A stretch of DNA of 64,000 nt from Candidatus Saccharimonadales bacterium (GCA_025451045.1 JANWLD010000001.1:5812-69811); one strand, 5' to 3'. Positions 1 through 9,921 are shown, counted from the stretch's first letter. The notes: generated from the sequence alone by a model not told the origin. A program made the numbers and translations.

Positions 1-184
1 CATGGTGTATCCTGGCGCCACCGTCCCGAGGAGCATTGTAATCATTGGAGTAAGTAGCCTTCCCTATCACCGGAAAAACAATAAAACGAGCCGCCTGAAC
101 CCGGATTGTCAGACTAACACTATCTACTACCAAGCAACCGATGAAAATTAACAGGAATAGGGTCGTTTTTATTGTTTTTGTCAT
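1..184 (-). CDS. Secreted M23-family peptidase, N-terminal part (runs off window)
   Basis: ATG at 184 reads MTKTIKTTLFLLIFIGCLVV...VFPVIGKATYSNDYNAPRDGGARIHH: signal-like N-terminus plus the FP..SN.Y.A.R..G.R.H pattern that precedes the M23 HxxxD motif. Confidence 0.6.
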   Translation of the reverse strand, partial: MTKTIKTTLFLLIFIGCLVVDSVSLTIRVQAARFIVFPVIGKATYSNDYNAPRDGGARIHH

Positions 185-236
185 GATTTTTTTGTTTTTG
201 CTATAAGCTTTTTTATTGTATCATAAGCACAATCAG

Positions 237-265
237 TTGATAAAATTACGTCTTTGTTGTATTAT
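237..265 (+). promoter_or_regulatory. sigma70 promoter TTGATA-N17-TATTAT, leaderless for ORF 274
   Basis: -35/-10 match with 17-nt spacer, 8 nt before the ATG. Confidence 0.6.
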
Positions 266-273
266 ATATTAAT

Positions 274-714
274 ATGAACAATCCAGATACTCCTGGGATT
301 CCCTCGGCGGAGTCAAAATCAGACAAACAGCAGTTCAATTTTAGGGTTAGCGAAGACCAGTATGAAACGTTGAGAGCTTGGGGTTATATTGATGGTTTCG
401 GCCCTAAAAACGTAGGCAATCTATCAAAATTTCTGGTAGAAGAAGCTCTGTCGGAGCCGGAAGAAGATCTGCTTGAGAGGATTCCTGCAGAAAGAGTAAG
501 TGATGAAAATCTGGAACACCAGGTCAATATAAGATTAGATAAGAAGCCTGCAAAATTCTTGGTCAGGCTAGCGGCACAGCAAACTTTAAAGGCCGAACGC
601 ACAATAATTCCTACGCAAATAATCCGGCATATAGTTTTGGGATCTATGGAAGAAGCTGTAGCTAACACGCCTCAGATTCTCCAAGCCAAAAAAGCCGCCA
701 AAGAAAACGGTTAA
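274..714 (+). CDS. Putative DNA-binding protein with two ribbon-helix-helix-like repeats
   Basis: QQFNFRVSEDQYETLRAW...LSKFLVEEAL and HQVNIRLDKKPAKFLVRLA...PTQIIRHIV resemble Arc/CopG strand-helix-helix units. Confidence 0.5.
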   Translation: MNNPDTPGIPSAESKSDKQQFNFRVSEDQYETLRAWGYIDGFGPKNVGNLSKFLVEEALSEPEEDLLERIPAERVSDENLEHQVNIRLDKKPAKFLVRLAAQQTLKAERTIIPTQIIRHIVLGSMEEAVANTPQILQAKKAAKENG

Positions 715-723
715 AATATATCT

Positions 724-969
724 ATGGCCGAGAAATCGCCGAAGGATAATGAAGGAGTAGCTGAAAGAGGAAGTAGGTTCTTTAGGAACCTAAATGCTGT
801 TGGCGCTGTTGCCCTATTCGGTGTCGGCATCGCCGTACCAGCCGGAGCGGTAGCTTTCAACACTCTGGCCGCCATCAATGCGGTTCAGGCCGGCGGATTT
901 GAAGCGGCCCGGCGTCATTTTCAGAAAAAACGCCAACAAAAAGCTATTTTCAAGCCAAAAAAGAGTTAA
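724..969 (+). CDS. Small membrane protein
   Basis: 81 aa, hydrophobic Ala/Gly core, basic tail. Confidence 0.55.
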   Translation: MAEKSPKDNEGVAERGSRFFRNLNAVGAVALFGVGIAVPAGAVAFNTLAAINAVQAGGFEAARRHFQKKRQQKAIFKPKKS

Positions 970-1047
970 AGATTGTATTTGCATAAGCATTATTAAATAA
1001 ATTCGGCAAAAATATACCATAAATGACATGTGAAGTATAATTAAGCC

Positions 1048-1602
1048 GTGATTTTAGTCATCGATAACTACGATTCATTTACTTATAACCTCGTCCAGCA
1101 GATTGAAGCGCTAGGCAAGGCCTGTGAAGTTCATTTTAATGACAAAATCACGGTGGCCGATATAAACCGGATGAATCCTGAGAAAATAATCATTTCCCCC
1201 GGCCCCGGCACCCCTGATGATGCCGGCGTTTCAAACGAAGTTATTAAAAAGTTTTATAAATCCACACCAATACTTGGTGTCTGTCTGGGGCACCAGTGTA
1301 TTGGTGTAGTTTTCGGCGCGAAATTGGCCCATGCCAAAACCGTAATGCACGGCAAGACTTCGACTATAAGCCATGATTCTGATGGAATCTTTAAAAATAC
1401 CAGCCGGAAAATAATAGCCGCCCGATACCACTCACTGGCTTTAGAGCAAATAAAAAGCCCGCTTAAAATAACTGCACGGGCTGAAGACGATACGGTTATG
1501 GCCTTGCAACATGAGGACTTCCCTGTTTACGGAGTTCAATTTCACCCTGAATCATTCTTAACAAAAGACGGCCAAACGATGGTAAGAAACTTTTTGCAAT
1601 GA
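1048..1602 (+). CDS. pabA: Aminodeoxychorismate/anthranilate synthase component II (glutamine amidotransferase)
   Basis: IDNYDSFTYNL, SPGPG, GVCLGHQ, QFHPES motifs. Confidence 0.9.
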   Translation: MILVIDNYDSFTYNLVQQIEALGKACEVHFNDKITVADINRMNPEKIIISPGPGTPDDAGVSNEVIKKFYKSTPILGVCLGHQCIGVVFGAKLAHAKTVMHGKTSTISHDSDGIFKNTSRKIIAARYHSLALEQIKSPLKITARAEDDTVMALQHEDFPVYGVQFHPESFLTKDGQTMVRNFLQ

Positions 1603-2840
1603 AAAAAGTTGTTAATGTCACATCAGATTTTGAAGCCTTATTGCTTCATCTTGGACCTAAGGCCAAGAATGTCTGCCTGCTGGGCAGCAGCTGGACGGAA
1701 AAATTAGCTTGGAACCCAGTAAAGTGCCTTATCATCAATAACGCAGAAGCTTTCAATGAGGTAAAGCTTCATCAGTTTATCTTAGATGCCCAGAATAAGA
1801 AGCATTTGGTTACCGGGTTTTTAAGCTACGAACTGGGACATATACTGCATGGACTGCCAAGAAACAAAAAACAGGGCTCAAAGCTACCTTTGGCAGTCTT
1901 CCTCGCTTATGACAATTATCTGGAAAAAGCCGGCAATAAAATTTACGCTCATTTTGAAAGAGATGATTTTTTGGAAGAACTCAAAAAATTAGATAAATCT
2001 TCACCAAGCAAGCCCGGCCAACAGCCACAACTATCTTATAAAACACTCTGGGACAAAGAATCATACAACAAGGCTTTTTCCAAAATTAAGAATTATATCT
2101 ATGACGGAGTAATCTATCAGATTAACCTGACCCAGGAAATGCAAGCATCTTATAGCGGTGATCCGCGGACTTTGTTCGCCGAACTGTCAGCGGGAAACAC
2201 CGCTAAAATGAAAACTTACTTTGAGGCAGAAGATTTCGAGCTTTTAAGCTTTTCTCCCGAACGGTTTGTGCGAACACAAAGCAGAACTATAGAAACAACT
2301 CCGATAAAAGGTACCCGACCGCGCGGTGAAAATAAAATTCAAGACAAGAAAAACGAGCAGGATTTGCTGGATGATGACAAAGAAAAAGCCGAGCTGAACA
2401 TGATAACCGATTTGTTACGCAACGATTTGGGCAAAGTTTGCGCCGTCGGCAGCGTTAAGCTAAAAAGCCAGCGCCAAATCGAAAGATTAACCTCGGTAAT
2501 TCACACTTTCTCGCACATAGAAGGCCGACTCAAGCCGGAAATTACGCCATTTACCGCCTTGCTGTCGATGTTCCCCGGCGGTTCGATTACTGGCTGTCCA
2601 AAACGAAAAGCTATGGAGATAATCGACGAACTGGAAATGTCAGCCCGCGGTGCCTACTGCGGCAGCATGGTTACTATCGACAGATACGGCAACCTTGATT
2701 CCAACATTCTCATCCGCACCGTCATTAAAAGCGGCGAGCGGCTGTCTTTGTCAACCGGCAGCGGCATAGTATATGACTCGGCTCGGGAAAAAGAGTACCA
2801 AGAGACCTTGGATAAGGTCAGGCCAATTATTCAAGCTTAA
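1599..2840 (+). CDS. pabB: Aminodeoxychorismate synthase component I
   Basis: SPERF, PIKGT (PabB-type Lys, TrpE has PIAGT), DLLRNDLG, FPGGSITGCPK. Confidence 0.85.
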   Translation: MKKVVNVTSDFEALLLHLGPKAKNVCLLGSSWTEKLAWNPVKCLIINNAEAFNEVKLHQFILDAQNKKHLVTGFLSYELGHILHGLPRNKKQGSKLPLAVFLAYDNYLEKAGNKIYAHFERDDFLEELKKLDKSSPSKPGQQPQLSYKTLWDKESYNKAFSKIKNYIYDGVIYQINLTQEMQASYSGDPRTLFAELSAGNTAKMKTYFEAEDFELLSFSPERFVRTQSRTIETTPIKGTRPRGENKIQDKKNEQDLLDDDKEKAELNMITDLLRNDLGKVCAVGSVKLKSQRQIERLTSVIHTFSHIEGRLKPEITPFTALLSMFPGGSITGCPKRKAMEIIDELEMSARGAYCGSMVTIDRYGNLDSNILIRTVIKSGERLSLSTGSGIVYDSAREKEYQETLDKVRPIIQA

Positions 2841-3904
2841 AAACTGACGTAGGTTCGGGCTTTTTTCTGGTCTTTTATCGGTCCAAGGTAATCATTTATG
2901 TCTTTGAAGTTGAAAATGATATGCGCGGCTTTTATACTGCCGTCTTTTTGGGATAGATTTTTGACTATTTCCAGCCCGTAGCCGACATTAATAATGCCAG
3001 AGGTCTGGCCGGGTTTCAGTTTAAACAGCGCGTCTACTGTCGCCGGGGAGATATCGCGGTTGTTTTTGTTGATATTAAAGCCGAACTCACCGCCGGAATT
3101 TTTGGTCGAGGGGTCTTCGGAGACTTTTTTAGCAACGACCGCGAAATCTTTGCCACTGTTAATGTCGGCCAGCGCTTTTTGAGCCTTGTCAGTCGCCTCG
3201 CTATCTAATGCGGCTTTGACTTTCTCTTCCAGAATTTGCTGTTTCAAACTTCGTTTGAAGTCATTGACCGACCAGTTCCAAAATTCACGCAGCACGTCCT
3301 GAAATTCCTTGTCAGAACTGCCTATCCGGTTTTGGCTTTTTATCAGGGTAATTCGGTCATTTACTTCTTTGTCGGAAACGTTGATACCCTTTTCACTGGC
3401 TATTTCTTTGACGTAGGCATCATTAATAACTTGTTGCACGGCGCGTTTTTTAAACTGTTCCAGCTGGCGTTTGCCTGACTCGCTATTAAAATCAACGCTC
3501 TGCTGTGTCCGGTAGTAATGTTCATAGTGGTTAATCTCAAAAAGATAACTCTCGTATGAAACGAAGTCCGAGCCGATTCTTGCCAACGGAAATGGAATGA
3601 CTTTAGCCACCTGATAAAGAAAGGGGGAGGAAGTTTTAACCCTATAAAGAGCTGCCGTGCAATAAACAAAAAAACCAACAATAGCGGCAATGGCTATTAT
3701 CAAGGATATTTTGACCAGCCGGTGTTTGGGTTGTCGCAGAGGATATTTGTATTTACGCGCGCTATCCAGCACTTCTTCGCGGTGATCGGCCAGATTTTCA
3801 TTGGTAATCCGGTTATCCAACGGTGTTTTATCGGCGGGTTTGCGGTTTATTTTGAGTTTGTTTAAGACTTTTTTATGCTTCTTCATTTTTCCCTTCGTCA
3901 TCAT
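2837..3904 (-). CDS. SurA/PrsA-like peptidyl-prolyl isomerase
   Basis: TM anchor, SurA N-domain-like region, parvulin motifs DFAVVAKKVSED..GGEFG; exact start uncertain. Confidence 0.8.
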   Translation of the reverse strand: MMTKGKMKKHKKVLNKLKINRKPADKTPLDNRITNENLADHREEVLDSARKYKYPLRQPKHRLVKISLIIAIAAIVGFFVYCTAALYRVKTSSPFLYQVAKVIPFPLARIGSDFVSYESYLFEINHYEHYYRTQQSVDFNSESGKRQLEQFKKRAVQQVINDAYVKEIASEKGINVSDKEVNDRITLIKSQNRIGSSDKEFQDVLREFWNWSVNDFKRSLKQQILEEKVKAALDSEATDKAQKALADINSGKDFAVVAKKVSEDPSTKNSGGEFGFNINKNNRDISPATVDALFKLKPGQTSGIINVGYGLEIVKNLSQKDGSIKAAHIIFNFKDINDYLGPIKDQKKARTYVSF

Positions 3905-4427
3905 CCGCCTCACGCGATTGCGGCGGCGGGTTTGTTACGATTCCTTTGTCCCTTAGTACTTTTAGTATCTTTTGCTGAATCTTTTCAGGATGGTGCACTT
4001 CATGAATCACCAAATCACCTACGAAAGTCTGCATCATTATTGTACCAAATCCAAGCACAGTCTGATTGAAGCCGGCGACTTCATAATTAACCATCTGTAC
4101 TTGGTTCAAACCGATATCAACAACGCTTCTGGTCCATAGGCCTTTTTGGGTAATCTGGAGCAAGCGCTGGTCGGTAACAATATAGATACTAAAATACCAG
4201 CTAATGTATGAAGGTATAAAAAACAGCAGGCCAATCACCATACCGATTAGCAGACCGCCAAACAGATAGCTGTACTCGGGTTTGATAAGCGACGGGACAG
4301 TTCCTAAAAGTAATGCTATCAGGCCAATGAGCAAGCCTTTGCGCATAACAATCGGGTGCTTTCTAAAGACAAATAGCAGTTCTTCGTCTTCTAACTGGTC
4401 AGGAAAATGTTTATCTTTACTAGACAT
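3873..4427 (-). CDS. Bacterial PH-domain membrane protein
   Basis: Two TM helices then YIVTDQRL..GLW..LGFGTI; start likely MSSKDK. Confidence 0.7.
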   Translation of the reverse strand: MSSKDKHFPDQLEDEELLFVFRKHPIVMRKGLLIGLIALLLGTVPSLIKPEYSYLFGGLLIGMVIGLLFFIPSYISWYFSIYIVTDQRLLQITQKGLWTRSVVDIGLNQVQMVNYEVAGFNQTVLGFGTIMMQTFVGDLVIHEVHHPEKIQQKILKVLRDKGIVTNPPPQSREADDDEGKNEEA

Positions 4428-4475
4428 ATACAAACAGTTTACTCTAGTGGCTTTCAACCGTAAATAACTAGGGGT

Positions 4476-4569
4476 CCCCGCAAAATGAGGAATATTTTGC
4501 GGGGTGAGGAGAAACGACGCTAGACCCCGCTAAATTTTGGCCACTGGATTGTTAAAATTCAAGCGGGGT
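4476..4569. repeat. Twin CCCCGC/GCGGGG hairpins downstream of tRNA
   Basis: ccccgcaaaat..attttgcgggg and accccgct.aaatttt..aaaatt..agcggggt. Confidence 0.6.
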
Positions 4570-4586
4570 TGAAGTTAGTTTTGACG

Positions 4587-4661
4587 TGGCGCCCTTGTCT
4601 GGACTCGAACCAGAATCTAATCCTTAGGAGGGACTTGTTCTATCCGTTGAACTACAAGGGC
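4587..4661 (-). tRNA. tRNA-Arg(CCT)
   Basis: Reverse complement GCCCTTGTAGTTCAACGGATAGAACAAGTCC-CTCCTAA-GGATTAGATTCTGGTTCGAGTCCAGACAAGGGCGCCA folds as a cloverleaf with encoded CCA. Confidence 0.95.
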
Positions 4662-4686
4662 ACATGGCATTACTAGCCTAATAATG

Positions 4687-5151
4687 CTAGTTCCGCTCGC
4701 TAGATTCGTAAATATGCCTGTATTCGGATTTGTCATATTCAAACAGCTCACTAGCATCAAAGAACATCTTCACCTCTTCTTTGCCGCGTTGTTTACTGTC
4801 AGAAGCGTGTATCAGGTTGCGGCCGGTACCGATGGCCATATCGCCCCTGATAGTCCCGGCTTCAGCTTCGCGCGGGTTAGTCGCGCCAACGATGATTCGG
4901 ACTGAATTCACGCACTCAAAGCCTTCCCACGCCATTACTACCACTGGTGAGCTCTTCATGAACTCTTCCAAACCAGTGTAAAAGTCTTTTTCAAGGTGTT
5001 CTTTGTAATGTTCCTGCAACAGCTCGCTTGATAAGCTCAGCATTTTTATACCGATGAGCTTCAGCCCTTTTTGTTCCAACCTTCGGATAATTTCACCAAC
5101 TAGTCCTCTCTGCAGAGCGTCGGGCTTGGCGATAATCAATGTTTTTTCCAA
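4687..5151 (-). CDS. ndk: Nucleoside-diphosphate kinase
   Basis: EKTLIIAKPDA, GTIRGD, NLIHASDS; TTG start. Confidence 0.95.
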   Translation of the reverse strand: MEKTLIIAKPDALQRGLVGEIIRRLEQKGLKLIGIKMLSLSSELLQEHYKEHLEKDFYTGLEEFMKSSPVVVMAWEGFECVNSVRIIVGATNPREAEAGTIRGDMAIGTGRNLIHASDSKQRGKEEVKMFFDASELFEYDKSEYRHIYESSERN

Positions 5152-5209
5152 ATTTATTTTCCTTGTTTAATTACTGGCAATAATTATAACAGATACAAAA
5201 AAGCGCATG

Positions 5210-5230
5210 AGGTATGATGTATTAGGTATA
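5210..5230. repeat. Period-7 array (NNGTATN family), single arm
   Basis: aggtatg atgtatt aggtata just before the recombinase start. Confidence 0.55.
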
Positions 5231-5240
5231 AGGCAAAAAT

Positions 5241-6158
5241 ATGAAGTTTACAAAATTAAAAACGGATTTTTTAGAATATCTGGAAATCGAACAGAACCGT
5301 TCGCAAAACACGATTGCTAACTATGACCACTATCTAACGCGATTAAGTGACTTTGCCGGCGATATCAGCGTATCTGACATTAATGAAGAACTGGTACGCA
5401 AATGGCGGCTGTGGTTGAATCGGCTGGGTACAAACACGTCTGACGAACTACAGAAAACCACTCAAAATTATCACTTGATTGCACTGCGAAGCTTTTTAAA
5501 ATTTTGTGCCAAAAGAGGCATTGACGCTTTAGCGGCGGATAAGATAGAGCTGTCCCGGACCAAAAGAAGCCAGGTTACTTTCCTAAATGAGGCAGAAATG
5601 GAGCGTTTGCTCGGCGAGCCGGACACTACTAAAGAAAGCGGCCTGCGCGACAGGGCAATACTGGAATTGCTTTACTCCAGCGGACTAAGGGTTTCCGAGT
5701 TAGTTGCGCTTAATAAAGACCATATAAATTTAGCTCGCCGGGAATTCATGGTAAGAGGTAAGGGCCAAAAAGACCGGCCGATATTCGTAAGCCCTGAAGC
5801 TACCAACTGGATAGAAAAATATCTTGAAAGACGCACTGATAATTCTACGCCTTTATTTATAAGGCTGGGCGGCAGCAAGAATATTGACCGATCCGGCAAC
5901 CATCTGCGTTTGACGGCCAGAAGCATTCAAAGAATGGTGGCAAGGTATGCCCTTTTAGCCGGTATTACCAAGCATGTCAGCCCGCACACTCTCAGGCATA
6001 GTTTCGCTACGGATCTATTGATGAACGGCGCGGATTTGCGCTCAGTCCAGGCAATGCTCGGCCATAGCAATATCTCGACAACCCAGATTTACACCCACGT
6101 CACCGATCCGCATCTTAAAAATGTCCATGAAAAGTTCCACAGGCGCAAAAATCAATAA
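5241..6158 (+). CDS. XerC/XerD-type tyrosine recombinase
   Basis: RDRAILELLYSSGLRVSEL, GKGQKDR, HTLRHSFAT, LGHSNISTTQIY. Confidence 0.92.
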   Translation: MKFTKLKTDFLEYLEIEQNRSQNTIANYDHYLTRLSDFAGDISVSDINEELVRKWRLWLNRLGTNTSDELQKTTQNYHLIALRSFLKFCAKRGIDALAADKIELSRTKRSQVTFLNEAEMERLLGEPDTTKESGLRDRAILELLYSSGLRVSELVALNKDHINLARREFMVRGKGQKDRPIFVSPEATNWIEKYLERRTDNSTPLFIRLGGSKNIDRSGNHLRLTARSIQRMVARYALLAGITKHVSPHTLRHSFATDLLMNGADLRSVQAMLGHSNISTTQIYTHVTDPHLKNVHEKFHRRKNQ

Positions 6159-7226
6159 TTAATTACAGGCTGGGTCGGAAGTACTTTGGGCATCTGCGAA
6201 GCCCGAAGGGATAATTTGCAGTAATTTGCAAATAGCATCAGATGTCTGGATGGAAAATTCCGGATAAACCCCATTGCCGTATTGGTTCAAAGGAATCCTT
6301 ACCTGAAGACGTTTTAATATATCATTGGCCCTGCCGGTTGAATCTATCATCATCTGCCCGCCTTTAAAACTTATCGGGTCGCCGGCGGAATTAACGCCTG
6401 TAATTTCAACCTCATTATTCTTATAAACCGAACGCAGATGTAACAATAACTTACTGCGGTTTATGTTATCTATCTTTATAGTGCAAATACCACTGGCCGC
6501 ACTACACCCGCCGGTCCACTTTACGCCTTGCTTTGACGGACCGGTGATTCCATCCGTATAATGCTTGGTCGGTATTGCTGCCTGGCGGGGAGAAACAAAA
6601 GCCACGAAGTCTTTTTTTATCAAATCATCTCTTGTGGTCGCCGTTGGGTCAATCAGTTCGATTCTCAGCACGCCGGCATCACAATTATCAAGGCTCGGGG
6701 GGAAATTCGTTCCGGTGCAACCCGAAAAATCATAGGCTGTATTATTTGGCACTTTCCAGGTAAAGGTTAGGGTTGAGATAGGATTGCTGCTGTCATCTTC
6801 GAGCGGCATTAAAACCGAAGAGTCAACCCCTACGTCCGAGAAAATTATTGAATCCGGCGTAGCATCGTAAAGTACGCAGGAATATGAATTGACATCCTGG
6901 CCGACAATACTTGAATATCCGGGAAATTGGTTTCCGGTTTCAGCGCCGGTTATGCCGTTGCAGTTGGTTTTGCTTTCCGGGGCCCGATTAGCGGCTACTG
7001 GGTCGTTGGCGTACTTCGTATAGTAGTCTTTCGCGTCGTTTACGCCGGATTCAGCCGCATAAAACGCCTGGCTGTTAAGCTGCCTATCCAGCGCCTGCCT
7101 TTGTTCCCTGTTGGCATTTTTGGTCATAGATATGACGATTAAAGACAACAATGTCATTATCAGTATGACTATAACCATAGAGGCTATGCCCTTTTGGTTT
7201 TTGATTATTGTTTCTTTTTTCTGCAT
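6159..7226 (-). CDS. PilX-like minor pilin
   Basis: NQKG|IASM hydrophobic N-terminus and QAFYAAESGV motif. Confidence 0.8.
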   Translation of the reverse strand: MQKKETIIKNQKGIASMVIVILIMTLLSLIVISMTKNANREQRQALDRQLNSQAFYAAESGVNDAKDYYTKYANDPVAANRAPESKTNCNGITGAETGNQFPGYSSIVGQDVNSYSCVLYDATPDSIIFSDVGVDSSVLMPLEDDSSNPISTLTFTWKVPNNTAYDFSGCTGTNFPPSLDNCDAGVLRIELIDPTATTRDDLIKKDFVAFVSPRQAAIPTKHYTDGITGPSKQGVKWTGGCSAASGICTIKIDNINRSKLLLHLRSVYKNNEVEITGVNSAGDPISFKGGQMMIDSTGRANDILKRLQVRIPLNQYGNGVYPEFSIQTSDAICKLLQIIPSGFADAQSTSDPACN

Positions 7227-7248
7227 TTTAAATAGTCAACACTTATGG

Positions 7249-7887
7249 TTATTCTACACGACCAGTTAGCGTAGTTTCAAGCTCTGACACCGCGCAGAAG
7301 CTGCTTCCTGCTATTCCAGATTTGCAAAGCGCGGCGGCGGGATCGACGCTAGGTAGTAGATTACCTCCGTTGTCATAAGTAGTAAGCAGGTCATTGTCGC
7401 CGTATGCAACCTTTATTTTGATATTAAAAGGATCAGCGTTGGAAACATCAAACCGCAACAAGCGCATATTTTGGCCCAGCATCTCAGAACCGCCTGTAAA
7501 ATCACCCGGGCTGCAACTGCTCTGTGAAGGACGTTTATCGCGGTACAAAGCCTGGTTGCTACCGCTAACCTGCTGGTTAAGAACATAAGTATACCTATCA
7601 GGGCCGAAACAACGGGTTTTTATAGTTGCTTCGCTTCCATCGGATTCTGTTAGGTAACTGTTGACCGAATCCGCCGTAGAAAATTGCAAAGAACGCGACA
7701 CATCCTCCATGACCGACCTAGCGGTCTCGTGTACGCGGTTGGAAGTCAGGCTTTTGTAATAAGCCCGTCCTATAGCTATTATCCCCGCACTGGCTACCAA
7801 AAGCACTACGCTGAAAACCACTGTAGTAATCATCAATTCAACGATAGTAAAGCCCTCTTTACTCGGTTTTTTTAAATTCAACTTCAT
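7249..7887 (-). CDS. Minor pilin (PilW-like)
   Basis: G|FTIVELM prepilin cleavage/methylation site; start could be 7911. Confidence 0.85.
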   Translation of the reverse strand: MKLNLKKPSKEGFTIVELMITTVVFSVVLLVASAGIIAIGRAYYKSLTSNRVHETARSVMEDVSRSLQFSTADSVNSYLTESDGSEATIKTRCFGPDRYTYVLNQQVSGSNQALYRDKRPSQSSCSPGDFTGGSEMLGQNMRLLRFDVSNADPFNIKIKVAYGDNDLLTTYDNGGNLLPSVDPAAALCKSGIAGSSFCAVSELETTLTGRVE

Positions 7888-7891
7888 AGGC

Positions 7892-9106
7892 TTAAGGGGA
7901 CGTACCTTCATAGACTATCGATTGCAATCCGAAATTAACGTCATTAACACCGGGTCTCCAGTAGTCGTTATCCCAGGTTATCTTCAGCGTAGAAGTAGGC
8001 TGGTTAGCGAACTGCAAGTCCGAAAACGTATATGTATGAAGCGTCTTGCAGTTATCGGTCGAATAAGAAGGCATGTCCGCGGTTGTTGAGCCGCCCGGGT
8101 AATCAATCTTTATATGATAACTATACCCCGGCGGCGGCGGGAAACAGGTACCCCCCGCCGGCGCATTGAAATAGTTTAAGGTAATGTTATAGGTACCAGA
8201 AGTAGGGATTAATGAATAGGTAACATTTGCCGGGTTTCCGGGCGGTGTTACCCCATTACCGGGTACCGTAGTGTCGGCACCGCCGGAAAGCCAGAAGACT
8301 TCGTTAGTAAAATCCGGGTCTGTTTTAAAGCAGTCGCCAACGCAGTTCAGATAAGCCTGTGCGCTTCCGGTAATACTAATACTGCAGGTAAGCGCATCAG
8401 GGGGTCCAGCCGGAGCGCTAAATAATGCCGGGCAATGTATGCAGGTATTAGTTGATATGTCCAGGTATCTATTAGCAGCGCAATTCGGCGGTGGATCGGC
8501 TTCGGAACCATACCCGGCGTCATATGAATCATCGTTACTGGCATCGCCGTCGCTCGGATGACAGCCCGGGTCATCTATATCTACCTTACTGTCGCCATCA
8601 TTATCCACGTCGTCGGCACAGACCGGATCAGTGCCAATAGTAGCCAAAGACGCCGCCGGAAGCTTATAGGACAAAGCTAGCGTCTGCTGTGGCGCGCTAG
8701 TAAGCGAGCTCCACGTGGTAGTAACGGTATAAGTATTGGTCGTAGTGTCGTACACTATGGCCGTTTTATAACGTCCCTGCCCGTTGTCCTTTGTGCCTTT
8801 GTTGCATTTAGTAGCGAGTGTTGTGGGCTTAGGCGGAATACCGCTAGCCGGGGTGCCGTCATCAAAACATTTATAGTGCGAGCCTTCCCAGTCCGTTGTA
8901 GGCTGTAAATAATTGCGGAGGAGTTCCAGTTGTTGTTCGCTTATTTTTTGTGCCTCTCCGCGCTCCTGAGACTGCTGGATGTATTGGCTGCTTCGGTTAG
9001 ACAGCGAATATGAAATGGTCAAAACCAAGCTTATAATAGCAATGGAAATCAAAACCTCGACTATCGTGTCGCCTTCTGAATTTTTTAGCAGTTTTTTTAT
9101 GGACAT
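7892..9106 (-). CDS. Minor pilin (PilV-like) with long Cys-rich C-terminal extension
   Basis: Start MSIKK, G|DTIVEVL site, CADDVDNDGD motif. Confidence 0.8.
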   Translation of the reverse strand: MSIKKLLKNSEGDTIVEVLISIAIISLVLTISYSLSNRSSQYIQQSQERGEAQKISEQQLELLRNYLQPTTDWEGSHYKCFDDGTPASGIPPKPTTLATKCNKGTKDNGQGRYKTAIVYDTTTNTYTVTTTWSSLTSAPQQTLALSYKLPAASLATIGTDPVCADDVDNDGDSKVDIDDPGCHPSDGDASNDDSYDAGYGSEADPPPNCAANRYLDISTNTCIHCPALFSAPAGPPDALTCSISITGSAQAYLNCVGDCFKTDPDFTNEVFWLSGGADTTVPGNGVTPPGNPANVTYSLIPTSGTYNITLNYFNAPAGGTCFPPPPGYSYHIKIDYPGGSTTADMPSYSTDNCKTLHTYTFSDLQFANQPTSTLKITWDNDYWRPGVNDVNFGLQSIVYEGTSP

Positions 9107-9921
9107 GGCGTATCTATCTTTACATTTACTATAGTCTGGCTGCTGCCAGTTGCCAATTCGATTACCGCTTCGCGGTTTGAACCTTGCTCTTGCAAGCAAA
9201 TCCGTATGCCCTTGCTTGCTCTGGTTACACTGGTGGCATTTAATGCCGCGACCCTGTTAATAAAAGTAGCGCTTGAGGTATTTGTGGTGTTGCCTGTTAC
9301 AACCGCCAAGCTTGCCCGGCTGTTTAGCCCCGTGTTGATTGCCGAGCCGCCGGACACAGTAGATACTATGGCTAGCCCGGATATATTGCCGTTAGTGTCA
9401 GCACGCTTGACAGCATTAATTTGAACCCCTGAAACCAAAGAAGCATGTTCAATCAAATTACTAAGCTCGCTTAGAGCGTGCGGTTGCGCTTCTGTTATGC
9501 TGGTTACCGGCTGGTCTGATCCGGCTACGGCGCGGCGGCCGACTACCGTGTAGATATCCATTTTTGACTTATTGGCAGCGCTTGATGAGGCGTTCGGAGC
9601 GAACTGGATGGCCCGGCCGACGAAAATACAATCCGTGTTGGTTCCCTGGTTGGCAGAAACAGTTGTATTTATTGTAGGTGCCCCAGTGCCGCTAACCGAA
9701 CAGGAAAAGCCGTTAGTAGTCGGATAAAACCCTGTCTCTACATCATTTAATACATCTTGGATGTTTTGGGCGAAGGTGTTGACGCTTTCAGTAAATTGTG
9801 TCCGGCGGTTTTGCTGGTTATAAGTTACCAATGCGCTGATAAACAATGCGGAGCTGACAGTTAGGACAATAATCACTTCTATAATCGTATAACCGCCTCT
9901 AGTGTGGCGATAGTGGTTCAT
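9097..9921 (-). CDS. Minor pilin
   Basis: G|YTIIEVI prepilin site. Confidence 0.85.
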   Translation of the reverse strand: MNHYRHTRGGYTIIEVIIVLTVSSALFISALVTYNQQNRRTQFTESVNTFAQNIQDVLNDVETGFYPTTNGFSCSVSGTGAPTINTTVSANQGTNTDCIFVGRAIQFAPNASSSAANKSKMDIYTVVGRRAVAGSDQPVTSITEAQPHALSELSNLIEHASLVSGVQINAVKRADTNGNISGLAIVSTVSGGSAINTGLNSRASLAVVTGNTTNTSSATFINRVAALNATSVTRASKGIRICLQEQGSNREAVIELATGSSQTIVNVKIDTPCP

